41,316 bases of DNA, from IMG/VR virus record IMGVR_UViG_2681813145_000006; one strand, 5' to 3'. The stretch is from a virus. Its lineage: Duplodnaviria; Heunggongvirae; Uroviricota; Caudoviricetes. Both the position numbers and the translations under genes were made by a program. A model generated the notes under the pieces. It was not told the DNA's origin, searched no databases, and worked only from the letters and a program-made list of their open reading frames with translations. Shown here one piece after another: positions 10,525-20,200 of the stretch (position 1 is its first letter; every line of letters begins with the position of its first letter).

Positions 10525-13500
10525 CCCGACGCGATGACTGCATAATTGACACAACCCTGCTGTCGATCAGATCCACCAGTCCCCTGGCTGAGCGCGCATC
10601 TATCTCGCCATTGCTCCCTTGATTCTGAATGCTGATGTGATACACGGGAGAATAAACAAATCCACCACCACCATTCACATTTCCAATGGCCCTGACCCCA
10701 AGAGAGCCGTCCGCTGCCCGTGTCAGTGGCATGATTGCTTCAGGCCCGGCCTCGCCCATCAACCCGGCACCTTTCGCAAAAGCAAAATACGTCGGTGTAT
10801 CCACAATAGTGTTACTGTAAGCACTCAGATTTGCCGATGTGTAAACACCACCTTTTGCGTTTGCCACTGCCCCCGAAATCCATCCGCCGACCGTACCAAG
10901 CCACCCTCCGGCACCGGAGAGTGATTTCAGTCCGTTAACAATGGCTGCATTCATCAGAATTTTTGAAACTTCCCGGAGAACTGAACTCCCCCAGTTCCTC
11001 CAGTCCACAACATTCCCGGCCAGTGCATCGGAAATATTTGATACCAGCCCGTCCATCGTGGAAACGACAGCATCTGCCGCCTGTGAAGCATAATCGGTGG
11101 CACTGTCTGCCCAGTTGGTCAGTCCCTCCTGGAGTCCGGCATTCCAGTTATTACGTAAAGCATCGGCCTTTGCATAATAATCCTGCTGATCGCTGAGACG
11201 CTCTTCCAGATATTTTTTATTCAGTTCTTTCTCCTGTTTCCACAGGGCTTCTTCAATTTCTCCGGCCTGATACTGTCTCAGCAGCTCGTTATTTTTCTGC
11301 TCAAACGCCTGCCGGATACTCCACATTTCCTGGAGTCGTTCACGCATCCGTGAGCCTTCACCATATCCCAGCAACTGCGCTTCGTCAGATGCCCGGGCAC
11401 TGGCATTACTGTCCGCCAGACTGCTCTCATACGCAGCAAGCTGCTCACGAATCTTTTTCTGGTCGATGAGTGCTGCATTCTGCAAAAGCGTTTTTTTCTG
11501 CGCTTCTGACAGGGTTGATAATTCGCCCTGACTGACCTGATATTTCATCTTAGCCAGTTCAGTATTCTGCCCTGCCAGTGCTATTTGTTCTTTTTGCTGT
11601 TTAATCAGCCGTTTATAAATATCTTCTGTTTTTTCCGCTTCGGTCTTTTTATACGCTTTGGGTTTATTTGCCTGGTTATTTCGCCAGGCATCCAGTGAGT
11701 TATTGATATAATTCTGTCTGGCTGTCTGATACGCCTCTCCCACAAAGCCGAGATCATCCGCAGCATAACCCAGGCGGGCACGCTCACGGGCTTCCCCCTT
11801 CAGGCGGGACAGAGCCAGTTCGCGCTCGCTGTTATTCAGTGCGGTCTGCTGTTTATCATCCAGGGTTGCCTGTGGTAGCCGTAACGGTACATTCACCAGC
11901 CCCTGTCGCTGCAGAAGTAATTCATTACCGAGCCCGAGAAGGCGATTAAACTCGGTATGCTGCCCATTCATGATCAACAGGGACTGATACGCTTTGTTTT
12001 GTTCCGCGGCCTGTTGACGGATCAACGCCACCCGTCGCTCCTCCAGCCCGGCAAGCACATCCTGAATGGATTGCGCTTTGCCCTGCATTTGTGTGAGACG
12101 GGACTGTTCAACTGCCAGTTGATTTGTTGCTTCTGCAAGCCCTTCTGTGACAGTTTTTACCGACGTCATGTGGTTAATCATAAAACCGTTATCGGTTGTC
12201 CAGCCCGGGTTTGCCAGCACATACTGATAGCCAGCAATTTTTTCCTGTAAGGATTTAATCTTACTTTTCTGCTCGTCAATTAACCTGTTTTGCTCATCAA
12301 GTGCCTGCCGCGTCTTTTCCTCATTATCTGACGCTTCAGGAAGCGACATTGCCGACGTTTTCTGGCGAATTTCGTCGATTGTTGCGGCATACTGGCGTGC
12401 AGATTCTCTGGCCTGCTCCTGATTCTGATACATCGTGTACCAGGCCGTCGCCCCCAGCATGACGAGTCCCGGCACACCACCAACCAACCCCAGCGCACCA
12501 CTTAACAGACGACTCCCCACTGACGTGACAGTATTCAGCGTTGTCTGTGCAGCTGTTCTGGCCGCAATATTACGGGTAAGTGACGCCTGGGCAGCTGTCA
12601 GCTTCGCTTCTGCTGCGGCCTGCCTTTCGGTACCGCGAGCAGCAACAACCGCCTGTTGCGCACGATAAACCGCCGCACGCGCCCTGGCGGTTGCTATCTG
12701 TGTCCCCCGAAGTTGCGCTTCAGCAAGAGCCACTTCGTTTCTGGCTGCAGTAATTAATCCAGCAGTTGCAGATCCAGCAGACGACGCCATATTGCCAAAA
12801 TATCGGGCTACCCCGACGGCAACCAGTGCGCCAGCTGCAGCAGCCACGGTATCAATATTGTCTGCAACACCATTCAACACCCCGGTGAGTGTCTTTGTCA
12901 CTCCGCTTGCCTCGTTCGCACCACCAACCCAGGCCATAAAGGCGTTTTCAACTTTGGTTGCAGAGGATGAAACAGTATCAGGCATTGCTGCATATTCATC
13001 ACGCAACGCCCCAAGCTGACTAATCAGTGCAGGAACAACCTTATCGGCGGTCAGTTTTCCGTTATCCGCCATGGCCTTCAGATCCTTACGGGCAACACCC
13101 ATTCCCGCAGCCAGCGCACGAATAACACGATCGCCGTTCTCATTCACAGAGTTAAATTCTTCACCGCGCAGCACTCCCTGCGCCAGTGCCTGACTGAACT
13201 GCGTGATCACCGAACTGGCTTCTGCTGTACTGGCACCGGATAATTTCAGGCCCGTGGAGATCGCCTCGGTGACTTTCAGTACCTCCTCAGAACTGTAGCC
13301 ATACTCCCGCATGGAAGCTGCAGAGCGGGCAAAAAGGCTGGCGTTATCAGAAAACGCCGTTCCCGTTCTCTGGCTGATTGCCATTAATTCACGTTGTGAT
13401 ACCTGAAAATCATCACTGGACTGTGAAGCCTGCTTCAGACGGGCATTTACTGAATTCCACTCATCGGCGAGAGAAATAAGATGACCGGTAGCAAAAGCTC

Positions 13501-13735
13501 CGGCAAATGCCCCCGCCATATTCAGTGCCGAAGATTTAGCTGTATTTATCTGATCCGTCACTTCTGCCAGTGCACGCCGCATTTCACGGGATGCAGCAGC
13601 GGACTGCCGGCCTCCGTTCTGCATGGTACGGTAGTAATCCTGCCCCATACGCGAAGCCCGGGAGATCTCTGACTGGAATGACCGGGAATTTGCCGAGATT
13701 TTAATAATCAGTTCACGTAATGTCGCCACACTCAT
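10502..13735 (-). CDS. H: Tail tape measure protein H, 1077 aa
   Basis: ATG at 13733-13735 preceded by GGAGA; long coiled-coil-rich protein between GT and M. Confidence 0.85.
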   Translation of the reverse strand: MSVATLRELIIKISANSRSFQSEISRASRMGQDYYRTMQNGGRQSAAASREMRRALAEVTDQINTAKSSALNMAGAFAGAFATGHLISLADEWNSVNARLKQASQSSDDFQVSQRELMAISQRTGTAFSDNASLFARSAASMREYGYSSEEVLKVTEAISTGLKLSGASTAEASSVITQFSQALAQGVLRGEEFNSVNENGDRVIRALAAGMGVARKDLKAMADNGKLTADKVVPALISQLGALRDEYAAMPDTVSSSATKVENAFMAWVGGANEASGVTKTLTGVLNGVADNIDTVAAAAGALVAVGVARYFGNMASSAGSATAGLITAARNEVALAEAQLRGTQIATARARAAVYRAQQAVVAARGTERQAAAEAKLTAAQASLTRNIAARTAAQTTLNTVTSVGSRLLSGALGLVGGVPGLVMLGATAWYTMYQNQEQARESARQYAATIDEIRQKTSAMSLPEASDNEEKTRQALDEQNRLIDEQKSKIKSLQEKIAGYQYVLANPGWTTDNGFMINHMTSVKTVTEGLAEATNQLAVEQSRLTQMQGKAQSIQDVLAGLEERRVALIRQQAAEQNKAYQSLLIMNGQHTEFNRLLGLGNELLLQRQGLVNVPLRLPQATLDDKQQTALNNSERELALSRLKGEARERARLGYAADDLGFVGEAYQTARQNYINNSLDAWRNNQANKPKAYKKTEAEKTEDIYKRLIKQQKEQIALAGQNTELAKMKYQVSQGELSTLSEAQKKTLLQNAALIDQKKIREQLAAYESSLADSNASARASDEAQLLGYGEGSRMRERLQEMWSIRQAFEQKNNELLRQYQAGEIEEALWKQEKELNKKYLEERLSDQQDYYAKADALRNNWNAGLQEGLTNWADSATDYASQAADAVVSTMDGLVSNISDALAGNVVDWRNWGSSVLREVSKILMNAAIVNGLKSLSGAGGWLGTVGGWISGAVANAKGGVYTSANLSAYSNTIVDTPTYFAFAKGAGLMGEAGPEAIMPLTRAADGSLGVRAIGNVNGGGGFVYSPVYHISIQNQGSNGEIDARSARGLVDLIDSRVVSIMQSSRRDGGLYSA

Positions 13736-13775
13736 TCTCCGGACGAAAAAAAACCGCCGAAGCGGTTATGTTGAC

Positions 13776-14081
13776 TCACTGAGACACTATTAAAAGCGCG
13801 TTTTCCAGTCCGGCAAATGGATCTGATACGCCTTCTGTCTGCTCCTTCTCCCACTGAAGAAGCGCATCATTCAGTGGCACTTTGACCCCCTGCGCACCGT
13901 AAACAGCTGAAACAATCTGGGCAGCCCGGATATCAGCCCGTTCGTCCCCCAGCGGACTGAACCTGTCAAATTCTGCCCACATCATGATTTCTGATGCTGA
14001 CATTTCCCGGCGTAACTCTGACAATGTGCGCCCCATCCTGAGCGCCAGCATCATCAGAAAACGCATCCCCGGAAGCGCTAC
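13776..14081 (-). CDS. T: T segment of the tail assembly chaperone GT, reached by a -1 frameshift from G
   Basis: ORF in the -1 frame relative to G; stays open from the slippery run at 14081-14089 through 13776; reads ...GEVKKK-VALPGMRFLMM... Confidence 0.6.
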   Translation of the reverse strand, partial: VALPGMRFLMMLALRMGRTLSELRREMSASEIMMWAEFDRFSPLGDERADIRAAQIVSAVYGAQGVKVPLNDALLQWEKEQTEGVSDPFAGLENALLIVSQ

Positions 14082-14464
14082 TTTTTTTTAACCTCGCCGG
14101 CATCACTGATCAGTTCCAGAGACTGCCGAAGAAGCCGCGCATGCACCGGACCATACACGGCAATCACCTGTTCACGATCATCCTCTGAAAATACAGGTTG
14201 CAGTCCGGTATCACACAGAACATCAATGAACAGTTCAACATCTGCCTCCAGATTTCGGCGGGCGCGCTCCGCAACGGATAACGGTGTCTCATCATCTTTT
14301 GCTTTAACGATCTCCTGCCAGCGCAACCAGGCTTCTGCAGAAGGTTCCCGTAATACAACCGTTGCTCCCTCCCATTCAGGCACATCAACAGTTTTATGGC
14401 GAAACCCCGACATCGTTGCCAGTGCCAGATTGCGGATATTTTTAGTCATCACATCTATCCTCAT
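14078..14464 (-). CDS. G: Tail assembly chaperone G, 128 aa
   Basis: ATG at 14462-14464 overlaps the V stop (TAATG); ends GEVKKK* on an A AAA AAG slippery heptamer. Confidence 0.7.
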   Translation of the reverse strand: MRIDVMTKNIRNLALATMSGFRHKTVDVPEWEGATVVLREPSAEAWLRWQEIVKAKDDETPLSVAERARRNLEADVELFIDVLCDTGLQPVFSEDDREQVIAVYGPVHARLLRQSLELISDAGEVKKK

Positions 14465-15168
14465 TAACTGACGGTAACAGTGCAGGAAGTGGAGGTCACC
14501 TTGTTAACAGGGCTTGCTGAATCAGAAATCTCGCAGGTATACGCACCGGCATCACCTGATGCTGCTGATGCCTTACTGAATGTTGCCGCCGTCTGTCCGG
14601 AAACAGGAGAACTACCTTTCTTCCAGACATAAGAATAAGGCGGCACACCACCGGCAGCCTCAACCACCATTTCGAGTTTCGCTCCGGCAGAAACCTGCAG
14701 CGTGCTGTTTAAATCGACCTTCACTTTCAGCGGCTCTGTCGTCAGCACAGGTTTACCTTTCAGGCGCAGGGAAAACGTTGCAGCCACAACACCATTGGTT
14801 CCTGCAGACCAGGTATGCTGACGCACCTCTGCCATAAAGGTAAATCCGTTTCCTGACGGAAAAATAACTTTAAAGCCATACGTGGTGTCATTGTCATAGG
14901 CACTGCGCAACGCGTTCTGGGCAGCATTGAGGTAAAAGTTGCCTGACATGGAAATCTCTGACGCGGCACCAAGACCGTTAATATTTTCCTGCTCAACAGA
15001 ACACAGCGTGGTGACATCAATATCCTGCTTTTGTCCTGCGGTAAACTGCACCTCTTTGATTGTACAGCTCAGACCAAGATAGCTGGCAGAATCCAGGGTT
15101 TCTGCTGTTACCGGTGCAGACGAAATCATAATTTTCGTCAGTTGCGAACGCTCAAAATTAGAGGACAT
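14464..15168 (-). CDS. Major tail protein with C-terminal Ig-like domain, 234 aa
   Basis: Start set at ATG 15166-15168 (MSSNFERSQ...) preceded by AGGAGA; the longer listed ORF would begin inside a terminator hairpin; position between tail terminator and G. Confidence 0.7.
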   Translation of the reverse strand: MSSNFERSQLTKIMISSAPVTAETLDSASYLGLSCTIKEVQFTAGQKQDIDVTTLCSVEQENINGLGAASEISMSGNFYLNAAQNALRSAYDNDTTYGFKVIFPSGNGFTFMAEVRQHTWSAGTNGVVAATFSLRLKGKPVLTTEPLKVKVDLNSTLQVSAGAKLEMVVEAAGGVPPYSYVWKKGSSPVSGQTAATFSKASAASGDAGAYTCEISDSASPVNKVTSTSCTVTVS

Positions 15169-15180
15169 ACTCGTCTCCTG

Positions 15181-15208
15181 AAAATAAAAAACCCGCCAGC
15201 GGCGGGTG
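15181..15208 (-). terminator. Terminator-like hairpin between the tail terminator gene and the major tail gene
   Basis: 7-bp stem ACCCGCC/GGCGGGT (15191-15197 / 15201-15207), 3-nt loop, A-run 15181-15190 gives a U-tract on the minus transcript. Confidence 0.5.
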
Positions 15209-15227
15209 GGTAAAATCATTAACGACC

Positions 15228-15572
15228 TCAGGCTATTACCTGAAATTCAAGCGTGGCTCTGCTCAGACGGGAATCAGGATCATAACCCTGAGTTTTAGAA
15301 ATAACGGAGGGTGCAAGTTGCCTTACCGCATCAAGCGCCTGCTCACGGATATCATCTGCGTCATCAGGTACTGTTGCCCAGACATCGATCTGCACGGTAA
15401 TTCTGGATTCAGCCTGACCATCAAGCACATCAGACGCAGTGTCAGACACCACAGAAAATACCAGCCATGGCGGAGATACCGCAGGCTTTCCCTCCGTCAG
15501 CGGGACCACATAAGGATAAACCTGTCCTCCGGCCAGTTGAGACAGCAGGGAATACAGTGTGGTCTCTCTCAT
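15228..15572 (-). CDS. Tail terminator protein (gpU-position), 114 aa
   Basis: ATG at 15570-15572 overlaps the upstream stop (ATGA); call is by position between tail completion and major tail genes. Confidence 0.6.
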   Translation of the reverse strand: MRETTLYSLLSQLAGGQVYPYVVPLTEGKPAVSPPWLVFSVVSDTASDVLDGQAESRITVQIDVWATVPDDADDIREQALDAVRQLAPSVISKTQGYDPDSRLSRATLEFQVIA

Positions 15573-16015
15573 TTACTTAAGACCTCATCAATAGCCTGAT
15601 TCATTCGCTGTATGGCAATCTGTGCTGCCAGTTCCTCTGTCGTATCGAAAGCCGGGCGAATGAACGGATGCGCGGGCATGTTTATCGTTCCCAGCTCCAC
15701 AAAGCGCCAGTAAAACGCATTTCGGGGATCACTGGCTTTCATGCTGTTATCACTGTTTCCGGTCCGCAGGTTCCGTCCACGAATGTGGACACCCGAGATA
15801 ATTTCCCCCCGACGCTTTGAACGCTGAGTGAGAACAACCACATTTTTCTTCAGTTTCCCGGTTCGCTCCGGCGCACGTTCAACAACTGCATCCCGCATAA
15901 CTTCAGCACCGGCACGGGTGGCATCGCGCAGTACCTTATTGTTTTCTGCCCTGCTGAGCGTCTCCAGATCCCGTGCAATATCCGCCAGACCTGAAAAATC
16001 AAGACTGAAATCCAT
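15569..16015 (-). CDS. Tail completion protein (HK97 gp10-like, gpZ-position), 148 aa
   Basis: ATG at 16013-16015 overlaps the upstream stop (TGATG); synteny in the neck module. Confidence 0.6.
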   Translation of the reverse strand: MDFSLDFSGLADIARDLETLSRAENNKVLRDATRAGAEVMRDAVVERAPERTGKLKKNVVVLTQRSKRRGEIISGVHIRGRNLRTGNSDNSMKASDPRNAFYWRFVELGTINMPAHPFIRPAFDTTEELAAQIAIQRMNQAIDEVLSK

Positions 16016-16353
16016 CACACATTCCCCTTCTGAGAACAGAGTATCTCAAGCCGTGTGGCACGAGCATCCGGTATCGGCGGACCGTCTATACTCAGAATCG
16101 CGCCTTTGAATGCACCAGTCAGCACTTTCAGACATGAAGTTGCTGTTACATCTCGCCGGAATCTCATCCAGACCCTCACTGTAGCCTGAGCAGTTTCTGC
16201 GCCTCCGGATATTCTCTCCCTGCCACTGATCCCCTTAACTTCTGCCCATATGGTTGCCCCCTCCGTCATTGTTTCCACAGGGTGCCCTGACGGAGACCGA
16301 ACGGTGGTGGCATTCAGAATAACCACACGATCACGTAATCTTCCTGCCTGCAT
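16015..16353 (-). CDS. Head-tail adaptor / head closure protein, 112 aa
   Basis: ATG at 16351-16353 preceded by AGGAGG; size and position typical of siphovirus head closure proteins. Confidence 0.6.
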   Translation of the reverse strand: MQAGRLRDRVVILNATTVRSPSGHPVETMTEGATIWAEVKGISGRERISGGAETAQATVRVWMRFRRDVTATSCLKVLTGAFKGAILSIDGPPIPDARATRLEILCSQKGNV

Positions 16354-16361
16354 GAATCCTC

Positions 16362-16667
16362 CTATGTTCCGGGATGAAATCGATACATCCGCAGTCCGGT
16401 ATAGAAAAAATCAGGCACTGCATCCTGCATTTCCCTGTTCTCGTACCAGTAGCCAACCAGTTGCATAAGACGCAGTTTTATCAGAGGTGTTATTACAAGC
16501 CCGGTCGTATCCTGCTCAGAAACAGTTTCATCGTAAAGCGTCCGGTTTAAAAACTTTTCAGCCTCTTCCCTGGCAGCAGCCAGATACATCATAAGAAGAG
16601 AATTCTCCTGTTCATTGTCATCATCAATCCGGCACTGAACACAAAGCTCTTCCAGAGTGGGCATCAT
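16362..16667 (-). CDS. Head-tail connector protein (gp6-like), 101 aa
   Basis: ATG at 16665-16667 preceded by GAGG; position after the capsid gene. Confidence 0.55.
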   Translation of the reverse strand: MMPTLEELCVQCRIDDDNEQENSLLMMYLAAAREEAEKFLNRTLYDETVSEQDTTGLVITPLIKLRLMQLVGYWYENREMQDAVPDFFYTGLRMYRFHPGT

Positions 16668-16678
16668 TTGGGCAACCT

Positions 16679-16867
16679 CTATGAATGCTGTTTTTTAGAC
16701 TTATCAGCCCCCCGCGCAACAGGTGTTCTCTTATCAGAGACAATCCCAGCTGCAGTGGCAATTTCGCGTACCCGTTCGGGTAATTCTTTATCTTCATACT
16801 CACCGGCCCGAATAATCTCAACACGCATACCGTCCGGTGACCATTTCAGATCTTGTTTCAGGATCAT
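16679..16867 (-). CDS. Hypothetical small protein, 62 aa
   Basis: ATG at 16865-16867; lies between the capsid gene and the connector gene; weak SD. Confidence 0.35.
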   Translation of the reverse strand: MILKQDLKWSPDGMRVEIIRAGEYEDKELPERVREIATAAGIVSDKRTPVARGADKSKKQHS

Positions 16868-16917
16868 GATTCTTTCACCTGTCAGAACAGGGGCGCACTT
16901 CTGCGCCCCCTGAATGA

Positions 16918-18123
16918 TTACGCTGCTGCAATCTTCAGCAGTTTGATGGCCTGCGAATCGACCAGCATCCCGCCGGTGCGCTTGGTGGTATAAAAACCGA
17001 CAAACGGTTTATTGGTGTACGGGTCACGCAGAATGCGGGTGCCGATACGGTCAACGATGGTGTAACCCCGTTTGAAGTTACCAAATGCAATGGCTTTCGC
17101 ATCAGCGGCGATATCCGGCATCTGTTCGTTTTCAGCGATACCGTAACCCGCCAGAGAGGACGGCTGCCCCAGTTCCAGCCCCGGACGCCACAGATAGTTA
17201 CCCTCGCTGTCTTTAAGCAGACGGATGGCAAACAGGCTGTTGTTGTTCATCATGAACTTCGCGCCAGTGCGGTGTGCCTTACGCAGCGTGTAAATCAGTT
17301 TGATAATGGCATCTGCGGTCACTGCCGTCGCTTCGCCGGATACAATATGCTGAAGTTTGCCGAACGCCCGGACCTTGTCGGTTTCATCAGTGGACTCATA
17401 CGCCAGGAACCCTTTCGGCTTCTTGGTACCATCGCCGGTGGTAAAGGCAATTTCTTCCTGTTCGGCAAATTCGGTTGCCAGCTCGCTGTTGATCCAGGCC
17501 TCCACGTTGAAGAAAGCATCATCCAGCATTTTCTGGGTGGCCTGCGGGTTACCGTAGATTTCCCCCATGAAAGGTTCAATCAGTCCCAGTTTTGAGGTGG
17601 CAGTCTGGGAGCGCGCGTCAGTCTCGCCAACCCATCCGGAAGCCGTGCCGCCCAGATTCACCAGTTTTTTGTAGTCGGAACCGCCAACGGTGATCACCGT
17701 GGCTTCCTGGCGCATCACCACTTCATCTTTCAGCAGATTGAGAATGTTGCGATCCAGTTCTTCCGGCACGGCATAGCCGCCGTCTTCATCGGTGCCCACC
17801 TGTAATGCCTTACGCTCCAGATCGCGCAGACCATCTTCACGGCCTTTACGCAGGAAGCCCACAAACGCTTCTTTATGCTCGGTGGCCAGTTTATTTTGCG
17901 CACCACCTGCCGGACGTTTCAGCTCAAGCAGCTCTTTTTCAAGATCGCTTTTGAGATTTTCCAGCTCGCTGAGTTTTCCGTTCAGGGTTTCCACCTGCCC
18001 GGCAAGTTTGCCTTTTTCCTGCTCAATCGCCTCAACGCGCTTGTCGTTCTTTGCTTTGAAGTCGTCAAACTTCTGCTGCAGCTCCTGCGCGACCTGTTCG
18101 ACATCTTTAATATCAACCGCCAT
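16918..18123 (-). CDS. Major capsid protein, HK97 family, with N-terminal coiled-coil delta domain, 401 aa
   Basis: ATG at 18121-18123 preceded by AGGAGA; coiled-coil N-terminus; follows the protease gene. Confidence 0.85.
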   Translation of the reverse strand: MAVDIKDVEQVAQELQQKFDDFKAKNDKRVEAIEQEKGKLAGQVETLNGKLSELENLKSDLEKELLELKRPAGGAQNKLATEHKEAFVGFLRKGREDGLRDLERKALQVGTDEDGGYAVPEELDRNILNLLKDEVVMRQEATVITVGGSDYKKLVNLGGTASGWVGETDARSQTATSKLGLIEPFMGEIYGNPQATQKMLDDAFFNVEAWINSELATEFAEQEEIAFTTGDGTKKPKGFLAYESTDETDKVRAFGKLQHIVSGEATAVTADAIIKLIYTLRKAHRTGAKFMMNNNSLFAIRLLKDSEGNYLWRPGLELGQPSSLAGYGIAENEQMPDIAADAKAIAFGNFKRGYTIVDRIGTRILRDPYTNKPFVGFYTTKRTGGMLVDSQAIKLLKIAAA

Positions 18124-18137
18124 CGTATTTCTCCTGA

Positions 18138-18788
18138 TTAGAAGTTCAGATTTTTCAGTGCATTCAGTGCAGAGCCCACATCCTCAGCGTCGCGCAGGGA
18201 CAGTGCGCCATAGCCCCCGGCCATGAATGCTTTGGCCTGGGTACGGGAGAGTCCGACATCACGCAGGACTCTTTCGATTTTTTTCTGTTCGGGGATTTCC
18301 CCGCGGGCCAGTGCGTTCTTGACGTCGCTGATCCGCGCCTCGTCGTTAGACGGGAACGTCACCAGGCTGACTTCCCAGAGGTCGATTTCTTTCAGCAGAA
18401 AGGCTTCTTTGCTCCGGTCGTATTCCCAGTCTTTCAGGACGTACCCAATAGAAAGGCCGGTTAACGAACCGGCCTTCATGTGTGCATGTGCGCGTTTTGC
18501 GAGGGGATCATCATCAATAAGCAACCGTCCCCTGACGTAAAGCCCGACATCGTCTTCCTTCATTTCGGTGTAAACACCGATGGGTTCATCCATGCGGTGC
18601 TGCCAGAGCAGCGCAGGTAACGCTTTTCTGTCACTCCACGCCCGCAGGGAAGCAGCAAATGCCCCGGACATCACCACATCATCGTGGCTGTCCTTTACAC
18701 CAAAGACGGAGCCATACCCTTCAAACTCACCGGAGTCACTGACAGATTTCAGACTCAGCGGTACATCAAGACGTTGTTTCGTCTGCAT
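18138..18788 (-). CDS. Prohead maturation protease, HK97 family, about 216 aa
   Basis: Start set at ATG 18786-18788 (GAAGGA SD) rather than the longer ORF start at 18824; sits between portal and capsid genes. Confidence 0.75.
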   Translation of the reverse strand: MQTKQRLDVPLSLKSVSDSGEFEGYGSVFGVKDSHDDVVMSGAFAASLRAWSDRKALPALLWQHRMDEPIGVYTEMKEDDVGLYVRGRLLIDDDPLAKRAHAHMKAGSLTGLSIGYVLKDWEYDRSKEAFLLKEIDLWEVSLVTFPSNDEARISDVKNALARGEIPEQKKIERVLRDVGLSRTQAKAFMAGGYGALSLRDAEDVGSALNALKNLNF

Positions 18789-20007
18789 TGGCGTTATCCT
18801 TCTGCTTACCGGCTTTACTGCCATCGGAGGGTTTCGTGGTCATGTTCATCGGGGTGAGATAGACATCACCACCGGGACGCGGATTCATATCTTCCAGGTC
18901 GCGGCAGTCATTAGGAGAGTAAATTCCCCAGTTGATCCCGGTGGCGTAGGCTTCAAAACGGGACTTCATATCCCCGCGCAGTAACGCCCCGGCGTTAAAT
19001 TTGGCGTAATAAACGCCCTGCTTACTTTTTCGTACCAGTCCGGTGTTGATCCGCTGCTCAATGCGGGTCAGATACGGCACCAGTGAATAGTTGATAAATC
19101 CCAGCCCCAGCTCTTCGATATTGTTGAAGGTGGCGCGATCGGTGTTCTGCACCATGTGCAACGGCACCCGAAACAGACGACAGATTTCTTCAAGCTGAAA
19201 CTTGCGGGTTTCCAGGAACTGGCTGTCCTCGGCGTTCAGCGCCATCGACTTCCAGTCCAGCCCCATCTCAAGGATCATCGGGCGGTGAGCATTGCCAAGC
19301 CCGGTGTGACGCTCCTCAAAATCTTTCTTCAGGCGCTCGTAAGCCTGATCTGACAGCGTCTGCTCTGTACGCAACACACCGGACGTCACCGCACCATTGC
19401 TGAACAGTCTGGCCCCGTGCTCTTCGGTCGCTGCCGCCAGCGATATTGCCTCGCGGGCATAGGCGATGGGATTCAGCCCCACCAGTCCGTCCAGCGTCAG
19501 CGTGCGCACATGCCAGATATCCTCCTGGCTCAGTACATCCGTGGAGCCGTCCGGGAATGTGACCTGATAGACCGGCTCCCAGCTACTGTTAAGCTTCGGT
19601 ACCACACAGCCAGGATCGACGGGCAGCAGTTCAGCCACTTCGCCAAATGCTTTCACTTTGTAGGCGTAAAAGTTTCCCCTCAGGCACAGACAGGTGACCA
19701 CCAGCTCCCAGAACTCCTGCGGCGTCATATATCCATTGGGATGCGTGGAGATCAGCTTATGCAGACGTTCGCCGGTGGCTCTCTGTTTCAGGCTGCCGTT
19801 CAGGTGATACAGATTGCAGGGCAACATCCCGACCGACTCTGCCAGCACCCTGACGCAGGAAAAAACCGCCGTCAGTCGCATGGCCCGCTGGCTGCTGATC
19901 TGCTTTCCGGTATAGGTGTCGTATGACAGCCCGATAGCATCCGCCAGCTCTGCTGGCGTGGTCACCGGCGCGTCACTTTTTCGTTGAAATAATCCCGAAA
20001 AGAACAC
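18766..20007 (-). CDS. Portal protein, HK97 family, 413 aa
   Basis: GTG start at 20005-20007 preceded by GGAGG; no in-frame ATG nearby; follows terminase large subunit. Confidence 0.8.
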   Translation of the reverse strand: MFFSGLFQRKSDAPVTTPAELADAIGLSYDTYTGKQISSQRAMRLTAVFSCVRVLAESVGMLPCNLYHLNGSLKQRATGERLHKLISTHPNGYMTPQEFWELVVTCLCLRGNFYAYKVKAFGEVAELLPVDPGCVVPKLNSSWEPVYQVTFPDGSTDVLSQEDIWHVRTLTLDGLVGLNPIAYAREAISLAAATEEHGARLFSNGAVTSGVLRTEQTLSDQAYERLKKDFEERHTGLGNAHRPMILEMGLDWKSMALNAEDSQFLETRKFQLEEICRLFRVPLHMVQNTDRATFNNIEELGLGFINYSLVPYLTRIEQRINTGLVRKSKQGVYYAKFNAGALLRGDMKSRFEAYATGINWGIYSPNDCRDLEDMNPRPGGDVYLTPMNMTTKPSDGSKAGKQKDNANADETTS

Positions 20008-20189
20008 TATTTACCTCCGCCGACAGACGGCTGTGTACGGTCGAGATATCGCGCCACCAGCCACGACCAGAACAGGCACAGCGCCCCGGCAACAACAAAA
20101 CCCGCCGGGGGATAAATCAGCCAGGCACCATACGCCAGCAAAAGCGCACCCAGCACGCCCACCAGTGGCGCGAGAATTATCAGAAACAT
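20007..20189 (-). CDS. Small two-helix membrane protein, 60 aa
   Basis: ATG at 20187-20189 preceded by GAGG; two hydrophobic segments; between terminase and portal genes. Confidence 0.4.
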   Translation of the reverse strand: MFLIILAPLVGVLGALLLAYGAWLIYPPAGFVVAGALCLFWSWLVARYLDRTQPSVGGGK

Positions 20190-20200
20190 AATGACCTCGG

